From an uncultured cyanobacterium (lineage in GTDB: Bacteria > Cyanobacteriota > Cyanobacteriia > Cyanobacteriales > Cyanobacteriaceae): a stretch of DNA of 64,000 nt. A model generated the notes under the pieces. That model did no database searches and had not been told where the DNA came from. It was given only the letters and a program-made list of their open reading frames with translations. The position numbers and the translations under genes are program-made. Every line of letters begins with the position of its first letter. Position 1 is the stretch's first letter. The DNA lies in assembly GCA_963749915.1 (NCBI GenBank), contig CAVVOP010000021.1, forward strand, positions 448,001 through 512,000. The letters run 5' to 3'. Of this stretch, positions 1-10,507 are shown one piece after another.

Positions 1-295
1 GGTCAAGGCAAAACCGCAGAAAGCTTTTTTGCTGAGATGTTTGACCAATTAGATGAGGTTCAATGAGGGAAAAATAACGCCATGTGCAACTTAAAACGAA
101 AGAAGATGAATTTATCTTACCTGTATCGGCAAGTAATGCTGGTTTTTTTGTGCCTATTTTCAAAAATAAAATGTATTTGGGGGCAATCGATAATAAGAGA
201 TTATCAAAGGATAAATAAAAATCAGGAAAACTTATTTTAATTTCGGCTTGTTAATACTGATGAATCTTTTTGTGATTTATTCAGCAAACCCTACC

Positions 296-353
296 TATTA
301 CTTATTACTTTTCCCTCACAGTAATGTTTTCGGCACGCTTCCGAGGACGATTG
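296..353 (-). repeat. Dispersed ~45-55-bp repeat, copy 1
   Basis: TATTACTTATTACTTTTCCCTCACAGTAATGTTTTCGGCACGCTT on the + strand. Confidence 0.85.
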
Positions 354-357
354 GCAC

Positions 358-1806
358 TTAAAATCTAAGTTGTTCGAGTAAATTAACAAAAGGCTGCCAG
401 TTATTGGCTGTGGCAATCGAGTTCCAAACAGACTCAATTTGTGGTTGTAACAAGATAAATGAACTATTAGATTGTTGCAGCCGTTGAGCAATATCTTTCA
501 GTCCCCTTGGTGATTGCTGTAACAATAGTTGATGATAAAGCCAGCACCAACGCTTTAAAATAGCTAGTTCTCCTCCAGAGACCAGAAATTCTAGGTCGTG
601 GACAATAAAGTTAGCATCCTCGCGCCAGGGAAGAGAAAATCGTTGTTTGAGGGCGCAAAAAAACTGGTGATAGCCAACTTTGGTTAAAAATAACAATTGA
701 AGAGTCAAATCAATTAATTCTTCAGTTTCTAAACCAGATAACTGGGCAAACCCCAACTTGTGCAGCATTTGCTCATGGTAATACTGAGTGTAAAGTTGGG
801 GAAAAGTTTCTAAAATTGTCTCCATTGCCGAGAGCGGAATTACCGCTGAGAGGGGACGCTGTAACATTTCTAGATTCCAACGACAGATACTTGGCTGGTT
901 ACGATAACTATACCTTCCCTGGTGGTCAAAAGCAGCAGCTGTAAAATAGGGCTTGTAAGTATCGATAAAACCATAAGGTCCATAGTCGAAACTCTCCCCG
1001 GTAATCGACATATTATCAGTATTGAGAACACCATGACAAAAACCCACTGCCATCCATTGAGCTACTAATTGGGCGATGCGTTTTACCAGTTCGCCATAAA
1101 AGCTGATGTGGCAGTCTTGCTGCTGCCACAAATGAGGATAGTAATATTGAATTACATGATTTAATAGCTTCTGAATTAGATCGGGGCGATCATAATAATC
1201 TAACCGTTCAAAAGTACCAAATCGCAGATGAGAGCGACTAAAGCGTATCATAACCGCCCCGCGAACAGTCTCACCATCTCTAGTAAAGGCTTCAGTTTCA
1301 ATTAAACATAAACACCGAGATGTTTTAACTCCGGCATAATATAATGCCTCTGCAGCTAGGACTTCCCGCAGTCCACCCTTAAGAGTCAAGCGACCGTCCC
1401 TAGACTGAGAATAGGGAGTTTGTCCCGATCCTTTAGTACCAAAATCGTAGAGTTGCCCATCAATTCCCCGTACTTGACCATACAAAAACCCCCGTCCATC
1501 ACCTAAGTAAGGATTATATTGACCAAATTGATGACCATGATAGCGCAATGCCAAACAGGATTGTGGTCCTTGAAAACAACCGCCAAAATCGAGGAAATGC
1601 TGATCGGTAACTGTAGCTGAGTCTAGACCGAGAAAGGGCAGAAGCTTATTGTTACGAAAACGCAGGATAAGCTGAGAGAACTTAGCAGGTTGTACTTGGT
1701 CAAAAAAATCATTCCCCAAGGACTCTAAAGCGGGTTCGTAATTAAGATCGAAAAAAGGATTGTTAGTATATTGTAGTTCTTTCAATTTGAATGTAATTTC
1801 GCTCAA
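358..1806 (-). CDS. selO: SelO/YdiU family protein adenylyltransferase (AMPylase)
   Basis: Motifs LGDGR, KGSGQTPYS, GRLTLKGGLRE, GFCHGVLNTDN, FDYGP; TTG start overlaps the cupin stop codon. Confidence 0.9.
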   Translation of the reverse strand: MSEITFKLKELQYTNNPFFDLNYEPALESLGNDFFDQVQPAKFSQLILRFRNNKLLPFLGLDSATVTDQHFLDFGGCFQGPQSCLALRYHGHQFGQYNPYLGDGRGFLYGQVRGIDGQLYDFGTKGSGQTPYSQSRDGRLTLKGGLREVLAAEALYYAGVKTSRCLCLIETEAFTRDGETVRGAVMIRFSRSHLRFGTFERLDYYDRPDLIQKLLNHVIQYYYPHLWQQQDCHISFYGELVKRIAQLVAQWMAVGFCHGVLNTDNMSITGESFDYGPYGFIDTYKPYFTAAAFDHQGRYSYRNQPSICRWNLEMLQRPLSAVIPLSAMETILETFPQLYTQYYHEQMLHKLGFAQLSGLETEELIDLTLQLLFLTKVGYHQFFCALKQRFSLPWREDANFIVHDLEFLVSGGELAILKRWCWLYHQLLLQQSPRGLKDIAQRLQQSNSSFILLQPQIESVWNSIATANNWQPFVNLLEQLRF

Positions 1807-2426
1807 AAATGCTTGGCAGTATGATTAATTGGATCGAACTGAAATCTTTTGCTGCCATGAGTTTCACCATATAAATTAAAAGTTACCGTTGGTTCCTCTC
1901 CCACCGCTTCTATGGTATGAATTGCCTCGGTAGTAAAGCTAATAAGATCCCCTGGTTGGATAATTCGTTCGCTGACGCGATTGATTCTGTCGGGAAATTC
2001 GGCAGTAGGATCGCGCTTCCAGAAAGTATTTTTCTGTTTGCCCTGTAGTACCATTACTATGCCCCAAGTGCCGTGATTATGGATGGGTAAAGTTATCCCT
2101 GGCAAATTCATTTCTGTCTGGATAGTCATGGGAAATCCCAATTCATCGTATAGGGTTACCACAGAACCCCCTGTGTTTTGATTAGGTTCGGGCAGACGAG
2201 TTTTGACCGTGTAACAGTTAAGAATTAGTTTTCTAACTAGCATACGCAGTCCCGATAGAGAATTTTCTTCATCTATTCCTTCTTCTGCTGCCAATCTGAT
2301 CAGATCTTCCACTTCCGTCAAAAATCGATATAGTCGATATTCTTCTGCGATTAAATCCCACTCACGCACGGATTTACATAAATAGCAAATGCCATCTTCT
2401 TTTACCAACCAATCTGCTGTTTTCAT
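1803..2426 (-). CDS. Cupin / cysteine-dioxygenase-like protein
   Basis: PIHNHGTWG and AIHTIE metal-binding cupin motifs. Confidence 0.75.
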   Translation of the reverse strand: MKTADWLVKEDGICYLCKSVREWDLIAEEYRLYRFLTEVEDLIRLAAEEGIDEENSLSGLRMLVRKLILNCYTVKTRLPEPNQNTGGSVVTLYDELGFPMTIQTEMNLPGITLPIHNHGTWGIVMVLQGKQKNTFWKRDPTAEFPDRINRVSERIIQPGDLISFTTEAIHTIEAVGEEPTVTFNLYGETHGSKRFQFDPINHTAKHF

Positions 2427-2457
2427 CCTTTGCTTACTTAATACCGGTGACTAATAA

Positions 2458-2712
2458 CTAATAAATAAACACTTCTTGACTCTGACGTTCTGAGCGCAAT
2501 ATCTCAGCAATGCTTTCTGGTAGTTCTTCTAATCCCGTCTCACTCTCTGAGGCATTAACAGGAGAGGTAAAGGTAAAACAGGGGTCGCAATCTTTGGTTT
2601 CATCGTAAACTTGAATTACCCACTTATCAGGCAACCCTTCTACACCAATTTGCACCACATACCAGCGATCTTCTATGGCACAAGAATCGAGTACCAGAAA
2701 AAAATCTTTGAA
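2458..2712 (-). pseudogene. Small acidic hypothetical protein, possibly 5'-truncated
   Basis: Frame stays open upstream of the GTG at 2658 (LFKDFFLVLDSCAIEDRWYVVQIG...) to a TAA with no ATG. Confidence 0.4.
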
Positions 2713-2728
2713 TAGTTATAAATGGCAT

Positions 2729-2865
2729 ATTAGTTAAACCAATCCAAGCGTCAATTTTTTCTGGCTCAAATCCTGCTCGATTTCATGCCCTGCCGCCAAA
2801 AGTCGGGCTTTTTGCTTGGCATTGTTAATACATCCTAGTTTTTGATAAAAGATAACTCGTGCCAT
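2729..2865 (-). pseudogene. Nitrogenase-associated ArsC-family protein with internal deletion and frameshift
   Basis: N-terminus MARVIFYQKLGCINNAKQK..AAGHEIE is joined out of frame to the family C-terminus AGFEPEKIDAWIGL. Confidence 0.8.
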
Positions 2866-2911
2866 AATTGCCTCCATCAAATAATCATTATTAAAAAGTA
2901 TCTCAATTAAT

Positions 2912-3505
2912 TTAATTGGCAATCCCTGTCGTTAAATAATGAGCTTCTAGTAGAGAAGCAAGGTGATCGGGATGAACGTTAGCGTGCTTGACTTTACCAG
3001 GCATCAAAATGATGCTAGGAGCTTTTTTGCACTGCTTCTGACAGCCTGTTAGTTCGATGGTTACTCGGTCTTGTAATCCCAAGTGCTGGAGGGTTTCTGT
3101 CAAAGCCTGATAAAGTTGCTTTCCCCCCCGCTTAGAACAACTGGATTTGCGACAGAGCAAAATTTTACCTTTTTTGTTTTGTGTGGGGATAGAAGATGGT
3201 GAAACAGATGCAGATTGAGAAACCAGAGATTTATCTTCTCTACCAAGTATGGTGACTTGATCGCTTTTCAGTTTCAGTTTACTGGCATATCCAGAATCTG
3301 TTTGCTCCAAAACCACTGATAGGCGATCGCCCTCTACCAGTTTTCCGGGCAGAGTTTCTCGTAATTCTTTGGCCAGTTTGATCGGGATAATCCTCTCTCC
3401 AACTTGAACTTGAATATATTTAAGTTCGCCTCCGGGTTTGGGAATAAAACCAAGAAATTCTCCCTCTATTTGATATGTCGATGGTCGGACTTTTGTTGTT
3501 TTCAT
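2912..3505 (-). CDS. Thioredoxin-like [2Fe-2S] ferredoxin domain protein
   Basis: C-terminal CRKSSC...GCQKQCKKAP cysteine pattern. Confidence 0.75.
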   Translation of the reverse strand: MKTTKVRPSTYQIEGEFLGFIPKPGGELKYIQVQVGERIIPIKLAKELRETLPGKLVEGDRLSVVLEQTDSGYASKLKLKSDQVTILGREDKSLVSQSASVSPSSIPTQNKKGKILLCRKSSCSKRGGKQLYQALTETLQHLGLQDRVTIELTGCQKQCKKAPSIILMPGKVKHANVHPDHLASLLEAHYLTTGIAN

Positions 3506-3591
3506 GATTTTGTCTGTTGTATAAAATAAAAATCAATGACGATAGTTATTCCCTAGTGAATTTAGAAGTGAGATCCTCTAATGACTGAGAA

Positions 3592-4542
3592 CTAAAGCTT
3601 TTTTTCCTCGAAATCTTGGAACAGAGGCGTACTCAGATAACGTTCGCCGAAACTAGGTTGAATCATGACAATTAGTTTGCCTTCATTTTCATTTCTTTGC
3701 CCTACTTTTATGGCTGCGGCAAGGGCCGCCCCCGAAGAAATGCCTGAGAGCAAACCTTCTTCTTTGGCTAGACGACGACCATAACTAAAAGCCTCTTCAT
3801 TAGTTACGGTAATCACTTCATCAATCAATTCCATTTTGAGAACCTCTGGCACAAAACCAGCACCAATGCCTTGAATTTTGTGACCCCCTGGATTTCCCCC
3901 AGAAAGGACTGGGCTATCGGCAGGTTCAACTGCGATCGCCTGAAATTCCGGTTTGCGTTTTTTGATAACTTCCGCTATACCTGTAATCGTGCCACCAGTA
4001 CCCACTCCAGCTATCAAAATATCGATCTGGCCCTCAGTATCTGACCAAATTTCCTCTGCCGTCGTTTGACGGTGAATTTCTGGATTGGCAGCATTCTTAA
4101 ACTGCTGAGGCATAAAGGCATTAGGTAGGGTTGCTATCAATTTTTCAGCCATTGCGATCGCCCCTTTCATCCCTTCACTAGCAGGAGTTAGTTTCAACTG
4201 TGCTCCATAGGCTTTTAACATCGCCCGTCGCTCTTGACTCATACTTTCAGGCATGGTTAAAATGATCTGATAGCCTTTAGCTGCCGCCGCCATGGCTAGG
4301 GCAATGCCTGTATTGCCAGAAGTGGGCTCGACTAATACAGTTTTATGAGGGGTAATTAAACCAGCTTTTTCCGCAGCATTAATCATACTGACCCCGATGC
4401 GATCTTTGACAGAAGCGGCGGGATTCATGCTTTCCAATTTGACTACAATTTGAGCTAGACACTCTTGGGCAAAAGGAATTGAATTTAACCGTACTAAAGG
4501 GGTTTTCCCGACAAGTTCCGTAATGTTATTAGCAATTTTCAT
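3592..4542 (-). CDS. cysK: Cysteine synthase A
   Basis: [12 protein letters not shown]-lysine motif, [22 protein letters not shown]. Confidence 0.96.
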   Translation of the reverse strand: MKIANNITELVGKTPLVRLNSIPFAQECLAQIVVKLESMNPAASVKDRIGVSMINAAEKAGLITPHKTVLVEPTSGNTGIALAMAAAAKGYQIILTMPESMSQERRAMLKAYGAQLKLTPASEGMKGAIAMAEKLIATLPNAFMPQQFKNAANPEIHRQTTAEEIWSDTEGQIDILIAGVGTGGTITGIAEVIKKRKPEFQAIAVEPADSPVLSGGNPGGHKIQGIGAGFVPEVLKMELIDEVITVTNEEAFSYGRRLAKEEGLLSGISSGAALAAAIKVGQRNENEGKLIVMIQPSFGERYLSTPLFQDFEEKKL

Positions 4543-4682
4543 GAATGAATGGTCATTAATTATTAATTCTTGGTCATCAGTCTATTGGTCTGCCAATTTT
4601 GAAATGAGGGATAAAACAATTCTCCAAAATCCAAAATCCAAAATTATCCGTTCCCAGTCCCTCAAAAATATCTTGACAACCA

Positions 4683-4940
4683 CTATGCCTCGGTTGATAA
4701 TTCTGGATATAGACCCAATTGTCTGGCAAGTTGACGGGCAATAAAGACCAGAAATTGAGAACCTTCTTGGTTATTTTCATGGGCCATAATTGTGGCTACC
4801 TGCATGATGGTTCGGATGAAATTTTCATCTAGCAAGTGGGCACTGGCATCCAAAACCTCGGGTTCTGTGCCATTGGGACAACGGAGTAGGCGATCAATCA
4901 ACTTGAAATATTCTTCTTGGCGCTGCTGGTTATCACTCAT
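4683..4940 (-). CDS. Small hypothetical protein
   Basis: Co-oriented ORF with GAGG RBS inside the operon. Confidence 0.6.
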   Translation of the reverse strand: MSDNQQRQEEYFKLIDRLLRCPNGTEPEVLDASAHLLDENFIRTIMQVATIMAHENNQEGSQFLVFIARQLARQLGLYPELSTEA

Positions 4941-4965
4941 TAGTTGTTTTTCCTCAAACTATTGG

Positions 4966-5451
4966 TTATTCGTCTTCATCGGGGGATCTCGTGATCACTT
5001 CAAAGACGGTAGTGGCACAAAACTCACGGCTGTCATCAATTTCTCTAACTCTCTGGCTAATTATCTTGGCTTCCTCAATTCTGTCTAGCTGGGCAAGAAT
5101 TAAGCTCTGGGCAGCGTAGGCATTGAGGTACAATCGGATAGTGGGTTCTTGTTTGCGAGTTATTAAAATTGATTTGAGTTGCAACCACTCGTTTGGTAGA
5201 TTTTCAGTTGCCGTAAGTAAGCGCAAAACTTCTTGGGCAATAGATAGAGCCACCGTTGGTTTGTGCTTATAAAAAAAGAAACGATAGGCTCCAACTAAAA
5301 CATCAAGATTATTTCCCGATTTAACTAAAGCTTCCCTGATATATTTCTCTGCTAAAACAGTAGATTCCCAATTTTCGCCAGCTAAAAGCAATAATTGTTT
5401 GATTTCTGGTGCAAGATCACACCAAGAAAACTGGTTTTGGATCGTAGGCAT
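4966..5451 (-). CDS. Hypothetical helical (TPR-like) protein
   Basis: Co-oriented ORF; AYRFFFYKH and AYAAQSLILAQL helical repeats. Confidence 0.6.
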   Translation of the reverse strand: MPTIQNQFSWCDLAPEIKQLLLLAGENWESTVLAEKYIREALVKSGNNLDVLVGAYRFFFYKHKPTVALSIAQEVLRLLTATENLPNEWLQLKSILITRKQEPTIRLYLNAYAAQSLILAQLDRIEEAKIISQRVREIDDSREFCATTVFEVITRSPDEDE

Positions 5452-5465
5452 GATTCAACTCTTTA

Positions 5466-5984
5466 CTAGACAAAATGCGGACGTAGAGTTTCAACCCAAG
5501 TGGCGATACGCTCTTCAGTTTTTTCGCTTTCATTGACTTCATCAATCGGTAAGCCGACAAACTTACCCTCCCGCACGGCAAAAGAATAGTTAAAATCATA
5601 ATCGTCAGTGGGAACATCCCCAACTATTGTGGCCCCTGCTGATTTAAAATGATCGTATAAAATACCCAAAGCACTGACAAAATTCTCGCCATGAGTTCCA
5701 CAATCTCCAGCGCCAAACAAAGCAACAATTTTCCCAGTAAAATCTGGTCTTTCCTCTTCCATATCCACTAAAGGATCGCGCCAATCATTTTGGATCTCGC
5801 CAGAGCCCCAAGTAGAAGAGCCAAGCAGTAAGTAATCGTACTTCAACATATCGTCAAAATCGTCAAAATCTTCTTCCATGTTGTAGATATCGCATAATTC
5901 CTCATCGAAGTGTTCGACTATTTTCATGGCGATTTCTTCAGTTACACCGGCAGTACTGCCATAAAAAATCCCAATTTTGCTCAT
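5466..5984 (-). CDS. Long-chain flavodoxin
   Basis: IGIFYGSTAGVT FMN loop, STWGSG, ALFGAGD, KFVGLPID; start placed at MSKIG after AGGAG. Confidence 0.92.
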   Translation of the reverse strand: MSKIGIFYGSTAGVTEEIAMKIVEHFDEELCDIYNMEEDFDDFDDMLKYDYLLLGSSTWGSGEIQNDWRDPLVDMEEERPDFTGKIVALFGAGDCGTHGENFVSALGILYDHFKSAGATIVGDVPTDDYDFNYSFAVREGKFVGLPIDEVNESEKTEERIATWVETLRPHFV

Positions 5985-6019
5985 GATCATAACTCCTGTT
6001 AGTATTGTTGACTTTTTTT

Positions 6020-6313
6020 TTATGCAGGTAAAGGCTCGTGAGTATGGCATTTTTTGGGACAAATGCGAGCACAAGCTTCACAACCGATACATTTTTCGGG
6101 ATGGGCAATAATCATTACCTGACGTTCGATATCGTCATCATCATCTTCCTCAATGAAATCGCCAAATTCATTCATTGGTTGCAACATTAATACATCACGA
6201 CCGCAGACCTTATAACATCTGCCACAGCCCAGGCAAGTATCTTTGTTAATTGCTGTAATGAATTGGGGTTCCCAAGTTAATCCCCCTTGAGTCAAACCAG
6301 TTAATGTAGCCAT
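6020..6313 (-). CDS. fdxB: Ferredoxin III, nif-specific
   Basis: [11 protein letters not shown] and [12 protein letters not shown] with an acidic insert. Confidence 0.92.
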   Translation of the reverse strand: MATLTGLTQGGLTWEPQFITAINKDTCLGCGRCYKVCGRDVLMLQPMNEFGDFIEEDDDDDIERQVMIIAHPEKCIGCEACARICPKKCHTHEPLPA

Positions 6314-6382
6314 GATTGTTCTCCTTATTTAGTTAGATTAGGGAGTAGAGGCATTCTGGATGAATGTCTCTATTTGGTTAAA

Positions 6383-7015
6383 TTAAGCGATCGCTGGTTC
6401 AGTCTGTTGGTGACGAACCTTAAGAATTTCGGGATTGTCTAAGCAAAATTGTTGAAAAGGAGTAGTATCAGGGGATTTTTCTCCCTCTTGATAGGTTGCC
6501 TCCGCTTCCAAATCTTCCACTAAAGCCCAAGCATCAATGCACTCTTGCGAAGTTGCACCTTTAGCTTTGGCAATCGCGATCGCTCCTTCAATTGCCTTGT
6601 CTAATTCTCGACGTAGCAAAGGTACTTTGGGATTTTCGAGAAAATCCCCTTGATAAAGGATGTCGGTTTCGGAAACGATACCAAGTAACTGTCCTTTGAT
6701 GACTGGTGCGATACGGATACCAGTCAAGGCAAATAACCGAGCGACGTATTCAACACCTAAATCAGGATTGATGACAATACAAGGTTTGGTCATGATCTCA
6801 TAGACGCGCATATTGGCAGCGTCTTTGCCATAAGCCACTACCTTATTAACAACATCGCTATGGGTAACGATCCCGTAGGCATCTTGGTTATTGCGTAAGG
6901 TGACAATTAAAGCACGTAAGTTTTTGAATTTCATCAACTTAACCGCTTCTGCTACTGTTGCCGAACCACGAATAGTAGCGACCTCGTCAGTCATAATATC
7001 AGATGCTTTTAACAT
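6383..7015 (-). CDS. CBS-pair plus CP12-like domain protein
   Basis: Two CBS repeats, then SQECIDAWALVEDLEAEA...FCLDNPE resembling CP12. Confidence 0.8.
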   Translation of the reverse strand: MLKASDIMTDEVATIRGSATVAEAVKLMKFKNLRALIVTLRNNQDAYGIVTHSDVVNKVVAYGKDAANMRVYEIMTKPCIVINPDLGVEYVARLFALTGIRIAPVIKGQLLGIVSETDILYQGDFLENPKVPLLRRELDKAIEGAIAIAKAKGATSQECIDAWALVEDLEAEATYQEGEKSPDTTPFQQFCLDNPEILKVRHQQTEPAIA

Positions 7016-7131
7016 GACATTACAATCTCCAATATGTTGTGTGTTATTTTCCGGGAGCATTTACTGCTCTCATGGGGGAATAAATATCAACTATCTTTTC
7101 TGATCAATGTTTAGATTGACTGAAACCTCGA

Positions 7132-7332
7132 TTACAGTCGCTTGGCATTTAAGGTCTGGGGAAGTTTCAGATCATCTGTTAAATGGGGGAAAGCTAGCTG
7201 CCAACCATTTGCTAAGGTTAAAATCTGGCCTTCTGGAGTAGTAGTTTGCTCCACTACTTCCTCCTCTAAATCCTTTTTCGGCACATAGATTGATAAATGC
7301 CCAAGCTCATTTTTGTGTAACATGACTTTCAT
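7132..7332 (-). CDS. nifT: NifT/FixU
   Basis: YVPKKDLEEEVV...LANGW signature. Confidence 0.92.
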   Translation of the reverse strand: MKVMLHKNELGHLSIYVPKKDLEEEVVEQTTTPEGQILTLANGWQLAFPHLTDDLKLPQTLNAKRL

Positions 7333-7354
7333 GAGTTTTACCGGTGATTGGTGG

Positions 7355-8473
7355 TTAGTAGGTTTGGTTAGGGATGAGATTGATCAATTCGTTTGGAGTT
7401 AAGCTACGTTTCAACTCAACCGATAAGTCTCTGACTGCATCCACGAGTGATCGTGTTTCTTCTAAACTCAGAGCAATGCCGTATTGTTGTAAAAGATTAT
7501 TAACTAGATGTTTGCCAGAATGTTTACCAATGACTAAACGACGTTCCCCTCCTACTTCTTCGGGAGTAAAAGGTTCGTAAGTAGCTGGATTTTTGAGAAC
7601 TCCATGGCCGTGGATGCCAGATTCGTGAGCAAAGGCGTTCTCACCAACGATTGCTTTCCAAGGAGGAACATCGCAGCCAGAGGCTTTGACGACAAATTCC
7701 GAGATCTCTTTAAATCTGCTGGTATCGATGCCGATATTGAGGCCATAGATACGTTTAAGGGCCATAACTACCTCTTCTAAAGCTGCGTTGCCGGCTCTTT
7801 CCCCCAAACCATTGACGGTAGTATTGACCGATCTCGCTCCCGCCTGAATACCGGCTAAGGCATTAGCTGTGGCTAGGCCAAAGTCATTATGGGTGTGCAT
7901 TTCTACCGGAATACTTAGCTTGTTGACTAGCTCTTGTACTTTGTTATAGGTGGTTAGGGGATCGAGAATCCCGACGGTATCGCAAAAACGAAAACGACTG
8001 GCTCCCCAACCTTGTGCCGCCAAGGCCAGATCCAGTAAGAAGTTAGCATCAGCACGGGAGGAGTCTTCTCCCCCTACGGAAACATACAAACCGCGATCGC
8101 AAGCATAGCTAATGGTATCCTTTAGTCGATTTAAGACTAGTTGACAATTGCCTTGAAACTTGACAGCGATTTGGATTTCCGAGACAGGAACCGATATATG
8201 CACCCGTTGTAAACCACAGTTAAGAGAAGCATCAATATCAGAGCGCAAGGCACGATTCCAGCCAGTAAGCTGAGTTTTTAATCCCAGGTTGGTAATCTGG
8301 GTAATAGCTTCCACTTCAGTGCTACCCATGGCTGGGATGCCTACTTCCAGCTCCTGTATTCCAATAGCATCCATCAAAGTGGCAAAGACAACTTTTTCAG
8401 CGAGGGTGAAAGCCACGCCTGCGGCTTGCTCTCCATCTCGTAAAGTTGTATCATTAATGTAAATTTGTGCCAT
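7355..8473 (-). CDS. nifV: Homocitrate synthase
   Basis: DTTLRDGEQ, HTHNDFGLA, GLGERAGNA, HESGIH; nif context. Confidence 0.95.
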   Translation of the reverse strand: MAQIYINDTTLRDGEQAAGVAFTLAEKVVFATLMDAIGIQELEVGIPAMGSTEVEAITQITNLGLKTQLTGWNRALRSDIDASLNCGLQRVHISVPVSEIQIAVKFQGNCQLVLNRLKDTISYACDRGLYVSVGGEDSSRADANFLLDLALAAQGWGASRFRFCDTVGILDPLTTYNKVQELVNKLSIPVEMHTHNDFGLATANALAGIQAGARSVNTTVNGLGERAGNAALEEVVMALKRIYGLNIGIDTSRFKEISEFVVKASGCDVPPWKAIVGENAFAHESGIHGHGVLKNPATYEPFTPEEVGGERRLVIGKHSGKHLVNNLLQQYGIALSLEETRSLVDAVRDLSVELKRSLTPNELINLIPNQTY

Positions 8474-8502
8474 AACTATGTTGCTTAATTATTACAAAAG
8501 TT

Positions 8503-9045
8503 TTAAGAGGCCACAAACCCTAAAGTAAGACTATCGGTGGCGAGGAAGTGGTCGAGATGGAAGGCCCTTTCTTCGGTGGCAAGCAGAATTTGCTCGTACA
8601 GGTAACGAGTGGCACGATCGCCTAGACTCTCGGCTTGGGTTGCCTGACGACGAATTAACTCAATAATCGCTTGTTCGGCTTCTAAATTGTTTGTCAGCAT
8701 TTGGCGACAGTTAAAGATGCCATCTTCTTCTGGGGTAAAGCAACAAAGCTCCGCTAATTTGCTCAAGCTGGCTGCTGGAGTACCGCCTAAACCATTTAAA
8801 CGTTCTCCCAGATCGTGGGCGTGACCTTGTACAGCTTCGTAACTTTCTTGAAAATATTGATGGAGGGAATAAAATTCCGCACCTTCTACCACAAAATGAT
8901 GCTTTTGGTATTGCAGATAGAGACCTTGAAAACTGGCTAAGGCAATATTTAAGCCTTCGCACACAAGAGTTACGACTTGTTTGTCTAAGCCAATCGGATT
9001 ATTGGCAACTTCGCCAAAAGGTTGAATCACTAGTGTCTGTGTCAT
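8503..9045 (-). CDS. dps: Dps family DNA-protecting ferritin
   Basis: [19 protein letters not shown] ferroxidase residues. Confidence 0.92.
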   Translation of the reverse strand: MTQTLVIQPFGEVANNPIGLDKQVVTLVCEGLNIALASFQGLYLQYQKHHFVVEGAEFYSLHQYFQESYEAVQGHAHDLGERLNGLGGTPAASLSKLAELCCFTPEEDGIFNCRQMLTNNLEAEQAIIELIRRQATQAESLGDRATRYLYEQILLATEERAFHLDHFLATDSLTLGFVAS

Positions 9046-9057
9046 GAGTTTGAGTTC

Positions 9058-9327
9058 CTAATTATTAAATGTGGATAAAACTGGGGTTGACCAGCATCGC
9101 TCTAACCAGTCGGTTAATTCAGCGCGATTGCTAGTGAATTGCTGCACAATACTGCGTAACAAAACAGCATTAATACAATAGTCAATTTGTACCCAGAGCG
9201 TTCCATCTTCAGGACACCAGCAAGGAATTTTTAATTCTTGCAGGCGACGATGGACACTCCAGCGATCACTGCGATTGATTTTGGCTATTTTAGTGACAAA
9301 AGCATCGGGAGAAGTGAATTTATACAT
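9058..9327 (-). CDS. Asr1405/Asl0597-family small protein
   Basis: [17 protein letters not shown] and WLERCW; usual neighbour of nifP. Confidence 0.75.
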   Translation of the reverse strand: MYKFTSPDAFVTKIAKINRSDRWSVHRRLQELKIPCWCPEDGTLWVQIDYCINAVLLRSIVQQFTSNRAELTDWLERCWSTPVLSTFNN

Positions 9328-10084
9328 GATTTTGAGGTTGATAGAGGGATAGTTTCTGTATCTGTTGTTCTAAATTCTCGATACGTTCGAGCAAAGAACG
9401 AATGATATGGGCCTCTGGATCAGGTAATTTGCCGTGTTCGAGGGGACAGCCATGGCCAGTCCGGGAGACAATGCGACCTGGAATTCCCACGACTGTGCAA
9501 TCATTTGGCACATTCCGCAGCACGATGGAACCCGCACCAACGCGAACATTATTACCAATATGAATATTTCCTAAAACTTTCGCCCCTGCACCAACAACAA
9601 CGTTGTTACCCAAAGTAGGATGACGTTTTCCTGTTTGTTTTCCCGTTCCGCCCAAGGTGGCATTTTGGTAGATTAAACAGTAATCTCCGACTATAGCAGT
9701 CTCGCCAATTACTACTCCCATCCCGTGATCGATAAATACTCCTTTACCGATAGTTGCACCGGGGTGAATTTCAATACCAGTGAGGAATCTTCCTAAGTGA
9801 GATAAAAATCGGGGAAACAGGGCAATTCGCTTTCCTAACAGCCAGTGGGCTAATCGATGCAAGACTAAAGCATGAACGCCGGGATAGCAGAGTACTACCT
9901 CTAGCCAATTATTGGCTGCAGGGTCGCGCTCAAAGATAATCTGAAAATCCGTCCAGATATTTGCCAGCCAAGGGATGTTTGCTAGCAAGTTATGGTGCTT
10001 GCTACTCTTTCTCTTTCCCTCTATTTTTATAACTGGCGGCTTTGGTACTGTTTGGATGGAAGATTTTTTGCCGGTGAGAAACAT
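9320..10084 (-). CDS. nifP: Serine O-acetyltransferase (nif-associated CysE)
   Basis: [26 protein letters not shown] and hexapeptide repeats. Confidence 0.93.
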   Translation of the reverse strand: MFLTGKKSSIQTVPKPPVIKIEGKRKSSKHHNLLANIPWLANIWTDFQIIFERDPAANNWLEVVLCYPGVHALVLHRLAHWLLGKRIALFPRFLSHLGRFLTGIEIHPGATIGKGVFIDHGMGVVIGETAIVGDYCLIYQNATLGGTGKQTGKRHPTLGNNVVVGAGAKVLGNIHIGNNVRVGAGSIVLRNVPNDCTVVGIPGRIVSRTGHGCPLEHGKLPDPEAHIIRSLLERIENLEQQIQKLSLYQPQNHV

Positions 10085-10491
10085 TGGTTTTAGGAAATCT
10101 TTCTGTTAGTGGTTATCAAGATAAAATTCACGTTCTGAGATCTAGAAACAGTCAATAACTGTATGTAATGCTTATATCAGTACCTTTAATTTGGTCTTGA
10201 GCAAGACCCAAGGTTAGATTGATTAGATTAATTAATTTACACTCATCAACGGGGAAAGTTAGAGCGGCTAAGGGATTGGTCGAGCAATAAAAATTTTTTT
10301 AGGGTAGATTTACTGGTATTTTTCACCATGGTGTTAGTATTATTTGGGAGAGGCATTAGTATTTGGTACTCAAAGTTAGATTCTCTACAACTCAGTCGAG
10401 GTAGCCAATCGAGGGAGTATAGGGGCAAAAAAATCTCGTACTCAGGAAACCGCTCCCACTCACTTAGACAAAAAGCAGATGGAATATTGTT

Positions 10492-10507
10492 TGTAGCCTT
10501 TGTTACA
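10492..10507. promoter_or_regulatory. NtcA-binding site
   Basis: TGTA-GCCTTTGT-TACA matches TGTA-N8-TACA exactly. Confidence 0.6.

Noticed and set aside
1..66. 3' end of a small gene (GQGKTAESFFAEMFDQLDEVQ*), possibly an antitoxin
   Set aside because: Truncated by the window edge; too little sequence to assign
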